Of a stretch of 64,000 nucleotides of DNA, positions 1 through 10,728 are shown piece by piece. The notes below the pieces were generated by a model, which was given only the letters and a program-made list of their open reading frames with translations, was not told the DNA's origin and made no database searches. The stretch spans positions 6,418,655 through 6,482,654 of the forward strand of contig NC_081384.1 in NCBI RefSeq assembly GCF_030684315.1. The letters are read 5' to 3'. This DNA comes from Stegostoma tigrinum. Lineage: Eukaryota. Both the position numbers and the translations under genes were made by a program. Each line of letters opens with the position of its first letter. Position 1 is the stretch's first letter.

Positions 1-570
1 TGGTCTCACTGGCACCTTCTACAGTTGAGCAGGACTTCCCTACTCTTACACTCCAACGCCTTGGAAATAAGGGCCAACATTCTCATAGCTTTCCGATTAC
101 CTGCTGCCCGTGTGCTAGCTCTTGTGTTTTGTATACAGATAATCCCAAGTCAGTTTGTGTTGCAGCTTTCTGCAGTTTTTCTCCATTTAAATAATACTTT
201 CATCCTCTCTTCCAAAAAGAACATTTTTCCACATTATACCCTGTTTGCCAACTTTTTACCCATATATTTAACCTATCTGTCAACTGTGCATATACCTCAC
301 ACCTATTTCTGTGTCATCTACAAGTTGGCTATGGTGCATTCACTTCCTTCCTCCGAGTCATTAATATATATTGGAAACTGTTGTGGTCCTAGCACTGATT
401 CCTGTGGAAGCCCATTGGTCACACATTCCCAATTTGAAAAAAGAATGCTTTATCCCCCTTACTGTTTACTGTCCACGAGCCAATTCTCTCTCCATGTCAA
501 CATACTACCTCCAGCATTGTGGCTGTTTTTAATGACTTAACCTTTTGAGAGGTACCTTGTCGAACACATT
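1..570 (-). mobile_element. CR1 LINE fragment (RT region, decayed)
   Basis: Reverse complement resembles the CR1 ORF2 copies elsewhere in the window (e.g. GAATGTTGGCCCTTATTTCCAAGG; CAGGAATCAGTGCTAGGACCACAACAG for GSVLGP). Confidence 0.8.
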
Positions 571-750
571 CTATCCATGTGCTGAAATAGACTGGACTGG
601 ATGGCTGAAGCTGCTTTAATATTTGAAAAGCACCTTGGAAACAACAGTTCATTTGATCCCCGTTCCCTGACTCTGTTCCAACTGCCCCACCAAGCGGTAT
701 TGTGATGATGGTGCATATAATCTACAGAACCGACTATAGCAACTCATTAC

Positions 751-1665
751 ATTTTTCCATCCCCTCCCCTGTCTGCTTTCCGGAGAGACCACTCTCTCCG
801 CGACTCCCTTGTTCGCTCCACACTGCCCTCCAACCCCACCACACCCGGCACCTTCCCCTGCAACCGCAGGAAATGCTACACTTGTCCCCACACCTCCTCC
901 CTCACCCCCATCCCAGGCCCCAAAATGACATTCCACATTAAGCAGAGGTTCACCTGCACATCTACCAATGTGGTATACTGCATCCACTGTACCCGGTGCG
1001 GCTTTCTCTACATTGGGGAAACCAAGCGGAGGCTTGGGGACCGCTTTGCAGAACACCTCCGCTCAGTTCGCAAAAAACAACTGCACCTCCCAGTCGCAAA
1101 CCATTTCCACTCCCCCTCCCATTCTCTTGATGACATGTCCATCATGGGCCTCCTGCACTGCCACAATGATGCCACCCGAAGGTTGCAGGAACAGCAACTC
1201 ATATTCCGCCTGGGAACCCTGCAGCCATATGGTATCAATGTGGACTTCACCAGTTTCAAAATCTCCCCTTCCCCTACTGCATCCCTCAACCAGCCCAGTT
1301 CGTCCCCTCCCCCCACTGCACCACACAACCAGCCCAGCTCTTCCCCCCCCACCCACTGCATCCCAAAACCAGTCCAACCTGTCTCTGCCTCCCTAACCGG
1401 TTCTTCCTCTCACCCATCCCTTCCTCCCACCCCAAGCCGCACCCCCCGCTACCTACTAACCTCATCCCACCTCCTTGACCTGTCCGTCTTCCCTGGACTG
1501 TCCTATCCCCTCCCTACCTCCCCACCTACACTCTCTCCACCTATCTTCTTTACTCTCCATCTTCGGTCCGCCTCCCCCTCTCTCCCTATTTATTCCAGTT
1601 CCCTCCCCCGATCCCCCTCTCTGATGAAGGGTCTAGGCCCGAAACGTCAGCTTTTGTGCTCCTGA
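751..1665 (+). pseudogene. PLE ORF C-terminal part: CxxxxCxxC linker plus GIY-YIG endonuclease (no RT, no native start)
   Basis: Open frame from 751: IFPSPPLSAFRRDHSLRDSLV...CNRRKCYTC...NVVYCIHCTRCGFLYIGETKRRLGDRFAEH...RRLQEQQLIFRLGTLQPYGIN, running into the track ORF 925-1665. Confidence 0.88.
1619..1650 (+). ncRNA. Minimal type I hammerhead ribozyme (PLE family A)
   Basis: CTGATGA-A-GGGT(CTAG)GCCC-GAAA-CGTC^AG: conserved core, stem II hairpin, loopless palindromic stem III; stem I is only ~2 bp. Confidence 0.8.
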
Positions 1666-1763
1666 GATGCTGCTTGGCCTGCTGTGTTCATCCAGCCTCA
1701 CATTTTATTATCTTGGAATCTCCAGCATCTGCAGTCCCCATTATCTCTGATAGCAACTCATTA

Positions 1764-2230
1764 ATTCTGTGCACCAACATCAGCCCACTCCTCACAGCCT
1801 GCAATGTCAAAAAGCCCAAGAACAGCAGGGCTGTGGTTACATCATCACCAGTTCTCTCCAAGAACTATTCCTTTAAGGCATCACTGCAGCAAAGACTCAC
1901 TGCTGCCAAATAGTTGGTGATGGAAGTTTTCAGAATGCCAGTTTCTTGTAAGTTTCTGACTGCAGGCTAAATCTGTGCACTTCACTCACAACAGCAATTA
2001 GCCTGAAATTGACCTCAGAGTGAAGCATCTGCCTTTCATTCTCTCTTTTTAATGCTTGTGGCATTAATGTGTGAAATATGATGGATGCTCTCACAGTGAT
2101 AATACAGATAGATTGAGGCCCCTCCAGCGCAGTATACAGCTCGAGATTTTCTGATTCCATTTTCATAAGAAAGGTGGCAGGTGACTGGAGAACATTGTCA
2201 TTGAAACACACCATTCCATCTGCACTGGCA
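1764..2230 (-). mobile_element. Possible highly decayed Gypsy gag relic (target of the PLE insertion)
   Basis: Translated fragments IFHTL, VVSEVHRF and TNYLAAV resemble Gypsy gag motifs; contains stops and frameshifts. Confidence 0.3.
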
Positions 2231-2747
2231 TCATCAGCTCATTCCTTCTCCTTCTTCCCCTGAAGCTGTTGAGCACTTGCTGGAGTTGCAAAATTGTAAT
2301 TCCTGAGATGGATACATTCCTGGCAAGGCATAGCATTTGTTGTCCTTCCCTAATTGTGCTGAGACTTTGGGAGTTGAGGGCATAGCTGGCAATGGTTTGA
2401 TTCAACTGAATGGCTTGCTACTGGGGAAGAAAACTGGCAGGGCAACTGGGAAGTGCAGGAAAATGAGACTGATTGATTAGCTTTTTCAAAGACTTGGCAT
2501 AGGCTGCTGGCATCACAAAATATCCTGGTGTGTTGCTGTAGGATTCTGGGAAACAACACTTCAAAGAGAAGTTATAAGTCAGCCTTAATATTATGCTTTA
2601 GCTTATGGACTGTACAAGGTAAGAGGAGATGGTTTTTATTCCTTAAAAAATAGTAGAGAATCAGTTGGTACCTAAGGTTTTGGAGTAGATTTGTAGCTCG
2701 GGTTGTGGGTGTTGAGGTTGGTTGGCTCACTGAGCTGGTTTGTTGTT

Positions 2748-2791
2748 CCGCAGACATTTCGTTACCGTGCTGGGTAACATCCTCAGTGCAG
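2748..2791 (-). ncRNA. Minimal hammerhead ribozyme (family B, left arm)
   Basis: Minus strand CTGCA-CTGAGGA-T-GTTACC(CAGCAC)GGTAAC-GAAA-TGTC^TGCGG: 5-bp stem I and perfect 6-bp stem II. Confidence 0.85.
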
Positions 2792-3857
2792 CCTCTGATG
2801 AAGTGTCTGTGTGTTTTCCTGCCTGGTTTTTAAACTCTGAGGTGATGGATTGCCTCACTTCTGGGTTTCCTTCGTAGTGGAACGTATATGGGGTCGAGTT
2901 CAATGTGTTTATTGATAGCCTGCTTTGTGGAGTGCCATGCTTCCAGGAATTCTCGTGCTTGTCTCTGCCGAGCCTGTCCCAGGATCTTGCTGTTGTCCCA
3001 GTTGAAGTGGTGGTTCTCCTTGTCCATGTGGATTGAGAAGAGAGTGTGTTGGTCGTGTCTTTTTGTAGCCCTTTGGTGTTCATGTTCTCTTGTTGTTAGC
3101 TTCCTTCCTGTTTGTCCGATGTAGCGTTTCTCGCAGTCTCTGCAGGGGATCTTATAGATGACATTGGTCCTGTCCATGGTGGGGAGTGTGTCTTTAGTTC
3201 AGGTGCGCACTTGTTGTAGGGTTGATGTGGGTTTTGTGTGCCACAATGATAGAAGAGTGTTCGAGAGTAATGGATATCCAAAGAACTGGGTCAGGAGATG
3301 CCTACAGGAACCGCATCAGAAAGATTCTACACGTCCTGACACATTCATCATACTACCCTACATCAGGAACATGTCAGAGCTCACCACAAGACTTCTACGA
3401 CCGCTGGGCATCAGAGTGGCACACAAACCCACATCAACCCTATGACAAGTGACTAAAGACCCACTCCCCGCCATGGACAGAACCAATGTCATCTACAAGA
3501 TCTCCTGCAGAGACTGTGAGAAACACACAACCAGGAAGGAAGCTAACAACAAGAGTACACGAACACCAAAGGGCTACAAAAAGACACAGCCAATACTCAC
3601 TCATCTCAATCCACATGGACAAGGAGAACCACCTCTTCGACTGGGACAACACCAAGATCCTGGGACAGGCTCGGCAGAGACAAGCACGAGAATTCCTGGA
3701 AGCATGGCACTCCACGAAGCATGCTATTAATAAACACATTGAGCTCAACCCCATATACGTTCCACTACGAAGGAAGCCCGGAAGTGAGGCGAACCATCTC
3801 AATGGACCCCAGAGTTAAAAAATCAGGCGGGAAAACACGCCAACGCTTCAACGGACG

Positions 3858-3901
3858 CCGCACTGAGGATGTCACCAAGCAGGGTAACGAAATGTCTGCG
3901 G
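3858..3901 (+). ncRNA. Minimal hammerhead ribozyme (family B, right arm)
   Basis: CCGCA-CTGAGGA-T-GTCACC(AAGCAG)GGTAAC-GAAA-TGTC^TGCGG: perfect stem I CCGCA/TGCGG, one mismatch in stem II. Confidence 0.85.
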
Positions 3902-4365
3902 AACAACAAACCAGCTTGGCAAGCCAACCAACCACAAAAGTCAGTTGGGCTTTCACAGCAGTCTCACAACTCAACGATCACTTATTATAATGCCAGCTGC
4001 TTTCTTAAAACGGAAAGAACTCAAATTCTCATGGTGAAATTTGAACTCATAGGCTCTCAACACATGCGCATCTTTACATTGGGTAACATGTCTGCCAGGG
4101 TTCCAAATCCACATAAGAACCAGAAGAAATAATTGAATAGCAGTAAGCATGGGAACGTTATTTAATTTAACTCTCCTGTTCATGGATCCAGAGGCTGACT
4201 GTCAGATCCAATTGCTGCTCATGTTGAGGCCAATTAAGGCAGGACTCACAAAGACTTCTGCTGGACTCCCCAGTGGTCTGGACTCGCCTGTCCGCATGAC
4301 TTTTCTTAAAAACCTGATGAAGGCTTTGGTCACCCATCTTGATATATCACTTGCGGCTCAGAATT

Positions 4366-4440
4366 AAAACAGAAATTACTGGGAAAGTTTTCCCAGCAAT
4401 TTCTGATTTCCAGCATCTGCAGTTCTTCGGGACTTTTTTG
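4366..4440. mobile_element. Small palindromic remnant of an older PLE terminal-repeat family
   Basis: CAGAAATTACTGGGAAA / TTTCCCAGCAATTTCTG hairpin followed by CCAGCATCTGCAGTTC, the shared PLE tail. Confidence 0.6.
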
Positions 4441-5789
4441 GCTCAGAATTAAATTTTGTTTGTTAAAGTTCTTCTAAAATGGCTATGTTAAAAGGTCCTA
4501 TCTTTATACACCTTGTTATTGTTATGCTCTTAATTTGAAGAGACAGAGCCATTGATTTCTGTAAAACTTCAGTAGGAGGTCGGATTTAAATTCTGGTTTA
4601 TTTGAAGGTCAGGCTACAGTTAGTATTGTACTGTTTCTGCCATCAATATGTTCTTTTCAAGCTTAGTGCCAGATTTGCAGGAAGAACTGAATTACAGCTG
4701 TAAATTCTTTATCGTTTGAAGACTAAATTTAGTGAGAAAGCAAGTCTTGATTTTATTATTGTGTATACTGAGAGGAGTACATCAAGGTGAGCTTCACTGT
4801 ACTACACTCATCATTATTCATCATAAAACCATTTGTTAGTTCAAGAGCCTGTGTATCAGTTTAGTGAGAGTACGTGTTCAGTACTCTTTTCAAAGGAGAG
4901 CAGAATCACGTAATGCCACATGGCAAATTCTAACAGGGACATTACAACAGTGACTATACTTCAAAAAAAGCCTTCATTGACGGGAGAATGCATTGAGATC
5001 TCCTGAGCTCATAAGAGGTGTGGCATTAATACAAGTTTTGCTCTGTTTAGTTAAATACCTGCATTATGATCCCTGCGTCATGTGATTGTTTACATTCACA
5101 GAAAGTAGGCACTCCAGATCAAAGGAGGCACAAATATCACTTGGGTAACTGGTGAACCTGAGAGAATCACTGGTATAAAACACGTAAATGTGTCTGGTGA
5201 ACTCATCATCTCATTGGGATAAGTACATCTGTTAAATTTTCACCCACTGCCTTAGGCCCTGATTTCAGGCTGATTCAACCTATTATTTATTGCTTAGAAT
5301 TAAAAAATTTTGTTGAATTGCATCTGAGTGCACCTTTAACTTAAACCATCTGATCAAGACCAAGCTCCTTGTGCATCATGTTCAGGAAGGAATGATGCTA
5401 GACTTAAACCATAGAGAAAACAAGATGTGACAACACATCAGCACTCTGTGTGAAACACCCAGGCCTGAGGAGGACAAGCAGACAGACTCACCGTGGTATA
5501 ATTCACAGCCTTTTTCCCCCAAAGTGCTTGATGTATGATTTATTCTGAAGAACAGCATCTTGTGTACAGAACTATCCACAACAGCCAAATTTATAAAGCG
5601 CCTTTATGATAGGAAAATATCCCAAGTGGCTGACATGCAAATAAAGATAATAATAGCAGGTGCTGTCCACTTGCCCCTTTCAATAGTATCATGGTTGAAC
5701 TGATTATAGCCTCAAATCTATTTTCCTGCTTAACCCCAAAACTTCTGACTCCCTTCTGATTTTCAGAAGGCACTTGATAAGATACCACA

Positions 5790-6010
5790 CATTATTCAAC
5801 TTCATAAGAGCAAATTCATGGTGCTGGAAGCAATACGTCAGCATGGATAGAGGACTGGCCCAACTAATAGAAAACTGACAGTTGGGATAAAGGGGCATTT
5901 TCTTGAGGTAACCCTGTGACGAATGGAGTGTTACAGGGATCAGCGCTGAGGCTACAATTATTTACAATCTGTATTAAAGATTTGCATGAGCAAAGTGAAT
6001 GTACTATAAT
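5790..6010 (+). mobile_element. CR1 LINE RT fragment
   Basis: GGAGTGTTACAGGGATCAGCGCTGAGGCTACAATTATTTACAATC is a decayed GVPQGSVLGP-LF motif. Confidence 0.75.
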
Positions 6011-6425
6011 TGCTCTGTGACTAGTTACCATTCTCGATGACAACAATCTTCTGCATGCCAACATCTATATGATTGGCTCACAGGCAGCCAAACAGCTTGG
6101 GGGTGTGAATGTTTTAGCAGAAAGTGTTGGACTTCTGAAGGAAGAGAAGCTGTTTTTGATCTGATCTAGGAACATCTCAAGTGTGAAGGTAGGCAGTTTA
6201 TCTTCCCTTTCTAGTTGCTTAAGCTGTGACTCTTAATTTATTGATCTTTATATGTGAGATCTAGTCACGCTGTACCTCGTGAAAATAAATGAAAACATCT
6301 GGAGAAGGAAGATCAAGATCAGCAGTTTGACCTACACTAGGACCATCTCAGAAAAGCCTATGACTAGTGGCCACAGAATTACCTTCCCAGTCTTTCCTCA
6401 GCCCATGTGGTTTTTTTTCCTGAGT

Positions 6426-6490
6426 ATACGTGTACATGTGCGCATGCATGTTCGTGTGTGCATGTGCGTGCATGTGCATGTGTATGTGTA
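6426..6490. repeat. Alternating purine-pyrimidine (TG/CA/CG) microsatellite-like tract
   Basis: TACGTGTACATGTGCGCATGCATG...GTGTATGTGTA. Confidence 0.8.
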
Positions 6491-6679
6491 AAGATGTAAT
6501 TTGCAAGGCCATTTGAATTTTAAAGAGTAGAGTTATATTACAAGAGTTCATCAGGTTTTCCTGCAGCTGCCGTCTTGTTTATTTAAAATGGATAGCAATT
6601 CTTGATAATTATTCAAACCTGGTCCATGCATTATCAACAATTATCAATTAAAGTCTGTTAAATTGTGGAATCAAGAAGA

Positions 6680-7735
6680 CCTAGCAAATCTGGAATCAAT
6701 GGGGATCAGAAGGAAAACTCTCTGTTGATTAGAACAATACCTGGCACATAGGAAGATGGTCATAGTTGTTGGAGGTCAGTCATCTCAGCTTCAGAACATC
6801 CCTGCTGGAGTGCATCAGGGTGATGACCTGACCTGGCCCAATCATTTCAGTTGCTGCATCAATGACCTTTCCTTTATCATAAAGGTTTTGGAAATATTCA
6901 CTGATGATTGCATAATGTTCAGCACCATTCATGACTCCTCAGATACTGTGCCTATATTCAGCAAAACCTAGATAATATCCAGGTTTGGGGTGATAGCAAT
7001 AAGTAAAATTTGCAACGCACACACATGCCTGGCAATGACCATCTCAAACAGCAGAAAATATAGCCATGTCTCCTTGACATTCAATGAAATTGCCAATGTA
7101 ATCACTGATTGTCCTTACAATCAATATCCTGGGGATTACCATTGACCAGAACCTGGACTGAACCAGCCATATAAATATTGTGGCTACAAGAGCAGGTCAC
7201 GGGCTAGGAATTCCACAATAAGTAACTCACATCCTATCTCCCCTGTGTCAGTATCGGCGCAACTTAGAACTGTGATGGAATACTATTCACTTATCTGATG
7301 GACGTAGCTTCAAGTGAAACTCAGCAAACTCAATACTATTCAAGACAAGCAGCCTGAATGATTGCTACTCTATTCACCACCTTTACCCTTCACGACAGAT
7401 GCACAAGGGAAGCAGTGTGTACTGTCTACACGATGCATTGCAACAACTCACCAACATTCTTTTGACAACCTTCCAAACCGGTTGCTTCTACTAGCCAGAA
7501 GGATAAGGGCAGAAGATGCAAGGGAACACCACTATCTGCAAGATCCCCTGCAAATCCGAACCTGGAACTTTGTTATTGTTTTGTCGCAGTCGCTGGATGA
7601 AAATCCTGAAATTTCTATCCAAACAGGACTGGAAAGGTTCAAGAATGCAGCTGACAACTACATTCTGTTGGGTAATTAGGGATGGGCACTAAGTGCTGGC
7701 TTCACCAAAGATACCCACATTCCCTTGGAAGAATA
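6680..7735 (+). mobile_element. CR1/L2-group LINE, RT through 3' tail (decayed)
   Basis: GVHQG...CINDL...FTDD motifs; tail GGGTAATTAGGGATGGGCACTAAGTGCTGGC is shared with the SINEs at 15668, 20070, 40710 and 51058. Confidence 0.8.
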
Positions 7736-8020
7736 ACAAAAGCCTTTAGCATCAAGGAACTTCAGCATCGGCCACAGTTATATATCAAAGAGATTTATTG
7801 ACATTTTCTTCACGTAAAATTATTCTTTTTGTCTTACGTATTTTAATCTCGATATCTTCTTGTTTCTTATTCATAACTTTATCCCTTTGTCCCTAAGAAG
7901 CTTTCAGTATTAACTAAACTTAAGCTGTTTAAACAAGAACCACAGGTCTGCTTTAAATTGAATCATGAGAAATGAAAAGGAGACATACAAATTATATTTA
8001 TCAGCAGCTCATTGACCATG

Positions 8021-8352
8021 AGGCAGCACAGTGGCTTATTGGTTAGCACTTCTACCTCACAGCACCAGGGACCCTATTCCACCCTCAGGTGACTGTCTGT
8101 GTGGAGTTTGCACATTCTCCCCGCATCTGTGTGGGTTTCCTCATTGCGCTCTGGTTTCCTCCCACAGTCCAAAGATGTGTTGGTTAGGCAGACTGGCCGT
8201 GGGAAATTGCCCCTAGTGTCATGGGATGTGCAGGCTAGGTAGAGTGGTCGTGGGAAATGCAGGGATGGGGTAGGGGGGGGGCATTGCTGGGTCTGGCTGT
8301 GATGCTTTTTGAAGGGTCAGTGTGAACTCCACACTGTAGGGATTCTATGATT
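8021..8352 (+). mobile_element. V-SINE (HE1-like)
   Basis: tRNA-like head, V domain TGTGTGGAGTTTGCACATTCTCCCC...CCTCCCACAGTCCAAAGATG, tail ACACTGTAGGGATTCTATG. Confidence 0.9.
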
Positions 8353-9660
8353 CTGTGTGGTGAGCATGCCTGAGGGTTGTGACAGTGGTGATGATTGAGA
8401 GATACGCATTATCTTATAATTATTGTATGATCTTCAATAATCGCCCATTGAGGAAGGTATTTCTGACCGTAGAGATTGTGCAGGCTTGGAGATCAGATCC
8501 ATAAGCATTTGAATTACTGAGCACCACCAATTCTGCTGAAAGGGTTAACAGCTAGAACAATGGTTCTCTAATTACCAGCAAAATCAGACTATTGATGAAA
8601 AAAGTGAAGCTGCATCTTTTCTCTGATCGCAACTAATTGCTTGGCAGCATACTTATTAACAGATTAAAACCTCCCACAATGACTATGGAGAAGTGTGGCA
8701 CTGTATCCATAAATGGTTAAAGAGTGATAGCCCAGAGAAGTAAAAGGGAGACAATGATTTTCTCAGAGTGATCTGATAATATGTGCTAGCTACTGTGCTC
8801 TCTGACAGTGAAAGGAGTATTCTTAATAAGACTATTACTGTGAGCCATCTTCCCTTCCCTCTCCTAATAGGGACAGTGCAATCTGTGTTGTGGAATAAAG
8901 GACTGTTGACAACCACCCTCTGATTTTATTGCTTCTCCCAGATAGCTGCTTTCAATTCTCAGACAGTGAATGCAAGGCTATATTTTGTATAAATTGTTTG
9001 CTTTCTTTATGCATTTGGTACAAGTTCATATTTGCAGACAAATCGTATGGAATTCACAGATAAACTAACATTGTTTCAAAGTAATCACTTGCCTATTGGT
9101 TAACTGTACATCACAAAAACATATTCATCGTTATGGTGTCCATAAATGTAATCCAGCCATTAATGAGATTAAGCAATTCGTACAGTTGCTGATATGCAAG
9201 GGGACAGGCAATAATGTGTAATGAGGCAGGTTTAATAAATAATCTCAGGGTAAAACATCCCTAAGGTAACATAACAACATAAGAAATAGAAGCAGGTGCA
9301 GGCCATCTGGTCCCTCGAGCCTGTTCTGCCAGTCAATAAGATCATGGCTGACCTTCATGGACTCTGTGACCTTAAGAGTGTAGAATTTAGCATTCAGTTT
9401 GAGAGTGAGAAATTTTGGTCAGAAACAACTGTGCTGAACTTAAATAAGAGTAATTGTAAGGGGATGATGGTAGCGTTCCTGGAAAGGACTGGGAAAGTAG
9501 TTCAGCAGCAAAGATAGTTGAGGAACAATGACAGATACCTAAGAAAATAATTCATGATTCACAACAAGGATTTATCTGAGTGAGAAAGAGGGATTATAGG
9601 GAGGGATAGCCTGACCATGGCTTACCGGGGATGTTAGAGATAGCATCAAGTTGAAAGAGA

Positions 9661-9772
9661 GAGCTATTGTGGTGCAGTGGTAGTGCCCTACCTCTGGGCC
9701 AGGATGCCCAAGCTCAAGTCCCACCTGCTCCAGAGGTATGTAACAACATCTTGTAACTTGATCAGAAAATAT
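9661..9772 (+). mobile_element. Short (~110 bp) tRNA-derived SINE inside CR1
   Basis: A box GTGGTGCAGTGG, B-box-like CTCAAGTCC; same family as the 20451-21055 cluster. Confidence 0.7.
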
Positions 9773-10412
9773 TGAAAGAAAATTGAAGGAAGAAATACAG
9801 TGTAGCGATGATTAGGGATTGGGAAGATATTGACTCCAACAAAAGATGACTAAAAAATAATAAAGAGGGAGAAAATAATGTTTGAGAATAATCTTTCATG
9901 TAATATCAAGATTGAGAGCAAGAGCTTCTTCAAATGCATAAAGAGGAAGAGAGAAGTCAAAATTCTCATGGGAACCTTAGAGAATGAGGCTGGGCAAACA
10001 ATGATGGGGAACCAGGAAATGGCAGAGGAGTTGAATAAATACTTGACATTGTTTTTACAACAGAAGACACTAATAGCATTACAAAAGTATAAAATAATCA
10101 ATAAATACCAAACAACCATGATGGTAAATGGTACCAGGGAAAAATAATCGGGGTAAAAGTGATGCGTGCACTTGACCAGATGGGTTGTCACCTAGGAACG
10201 CCAAATATGTAGCTACAGAGATAATAGATGCACTGGTAGTAATCTTCCAAGAATCCTTAGATTCTGGAAATGCCCTGAAGGATTGGAAAACTGCCAATGT
10301 AACAATCTTATTCAAAAAGTGAAAGAAACAAAAAAAGGTAACTATACACCAGTTTATTGAACATCTGTTATTGGGAAAATATTAAAATCGATTGTAAAGG
10401 ATGTAATTGCAG

Positions 10413-10728
10413 ATTAGATTAGATTCCCTACAGTGTGGAAACAGGCCCTTCGGTCCAGCAAGTCCACACTGCCCCTTGAAGCATCCCACCCAGACCCATC
10501 CCCCATAACCCACACACCCCTGAACACTACGGGCAATTTAGCATGGCCGATCCACTTAGCCTGTACATCTTTGGACTGTGGGAGGAAACTGGAGCACTCG
10601 GAGGAAACCCATGGATACACGAGGAGAATGTGTAAACTCCGCACAGACAGTTACCCAAGGCTGGAATTGAACCTGGGTCCCTGGCGCTGTGAGGCTGCAG
10701 TGCTAACCACTGAGCCACCGTGCCACCC
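10413..10728 (-). mobile_element. V-SINE (HE1-like), near full length, inside CR1
   Basis: Minus strand GGTGGCACGGTGGCTCAGTGGTTAGCACTGC, GGTTCAATTCC, V domain and (AATCT)n tail. Confidence 0.92.

Larger units (their letters stand above)
750..1749 (+). mobile_element. Neptune-type Penelope-like element (PLE family A), 5'-truncated, with 14-bp TSD
   Basis: ATAGCAACTCATTA at 736-749 and 1750-1763 flanks the insert; Cys linker, GIY-YIG domain, C-rich tract and hammerhead-bearing 3' repeat. Confidence 0.92.
2669..3940. mobile_element. Penelope/Poseidon-type PLE (family B) as an inverted pair: minus arm ~2669-3245, plus arm ~3246-3940
   Basis: Plus arm: NGYPKNWVRRCL...LPYIRNMSELTTRLLRPLGIRVAHKP, then GIY-YIG. 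Minus arm: NVIYKIPCRDCEKRYIGQTGRKLTTREHEH...REFLEAWH. Candidate TSD TCAGTTGG at 2661-2668 and 3941-3948. Confidence 0.92.

Noticed and set aside
25-540. 171-aa plus-strand ORF
   Set aside because: Antisense to a decayed CR1 RT; no coherent protein
1624-1667. SECIS-like ATGA...AAA...TGA pattern (some PLEs encode selenoproteins)
   Set aside because: Helix II pairs poorly, no in-frame UGA lies upstream, and the hammerhead explains the motif better
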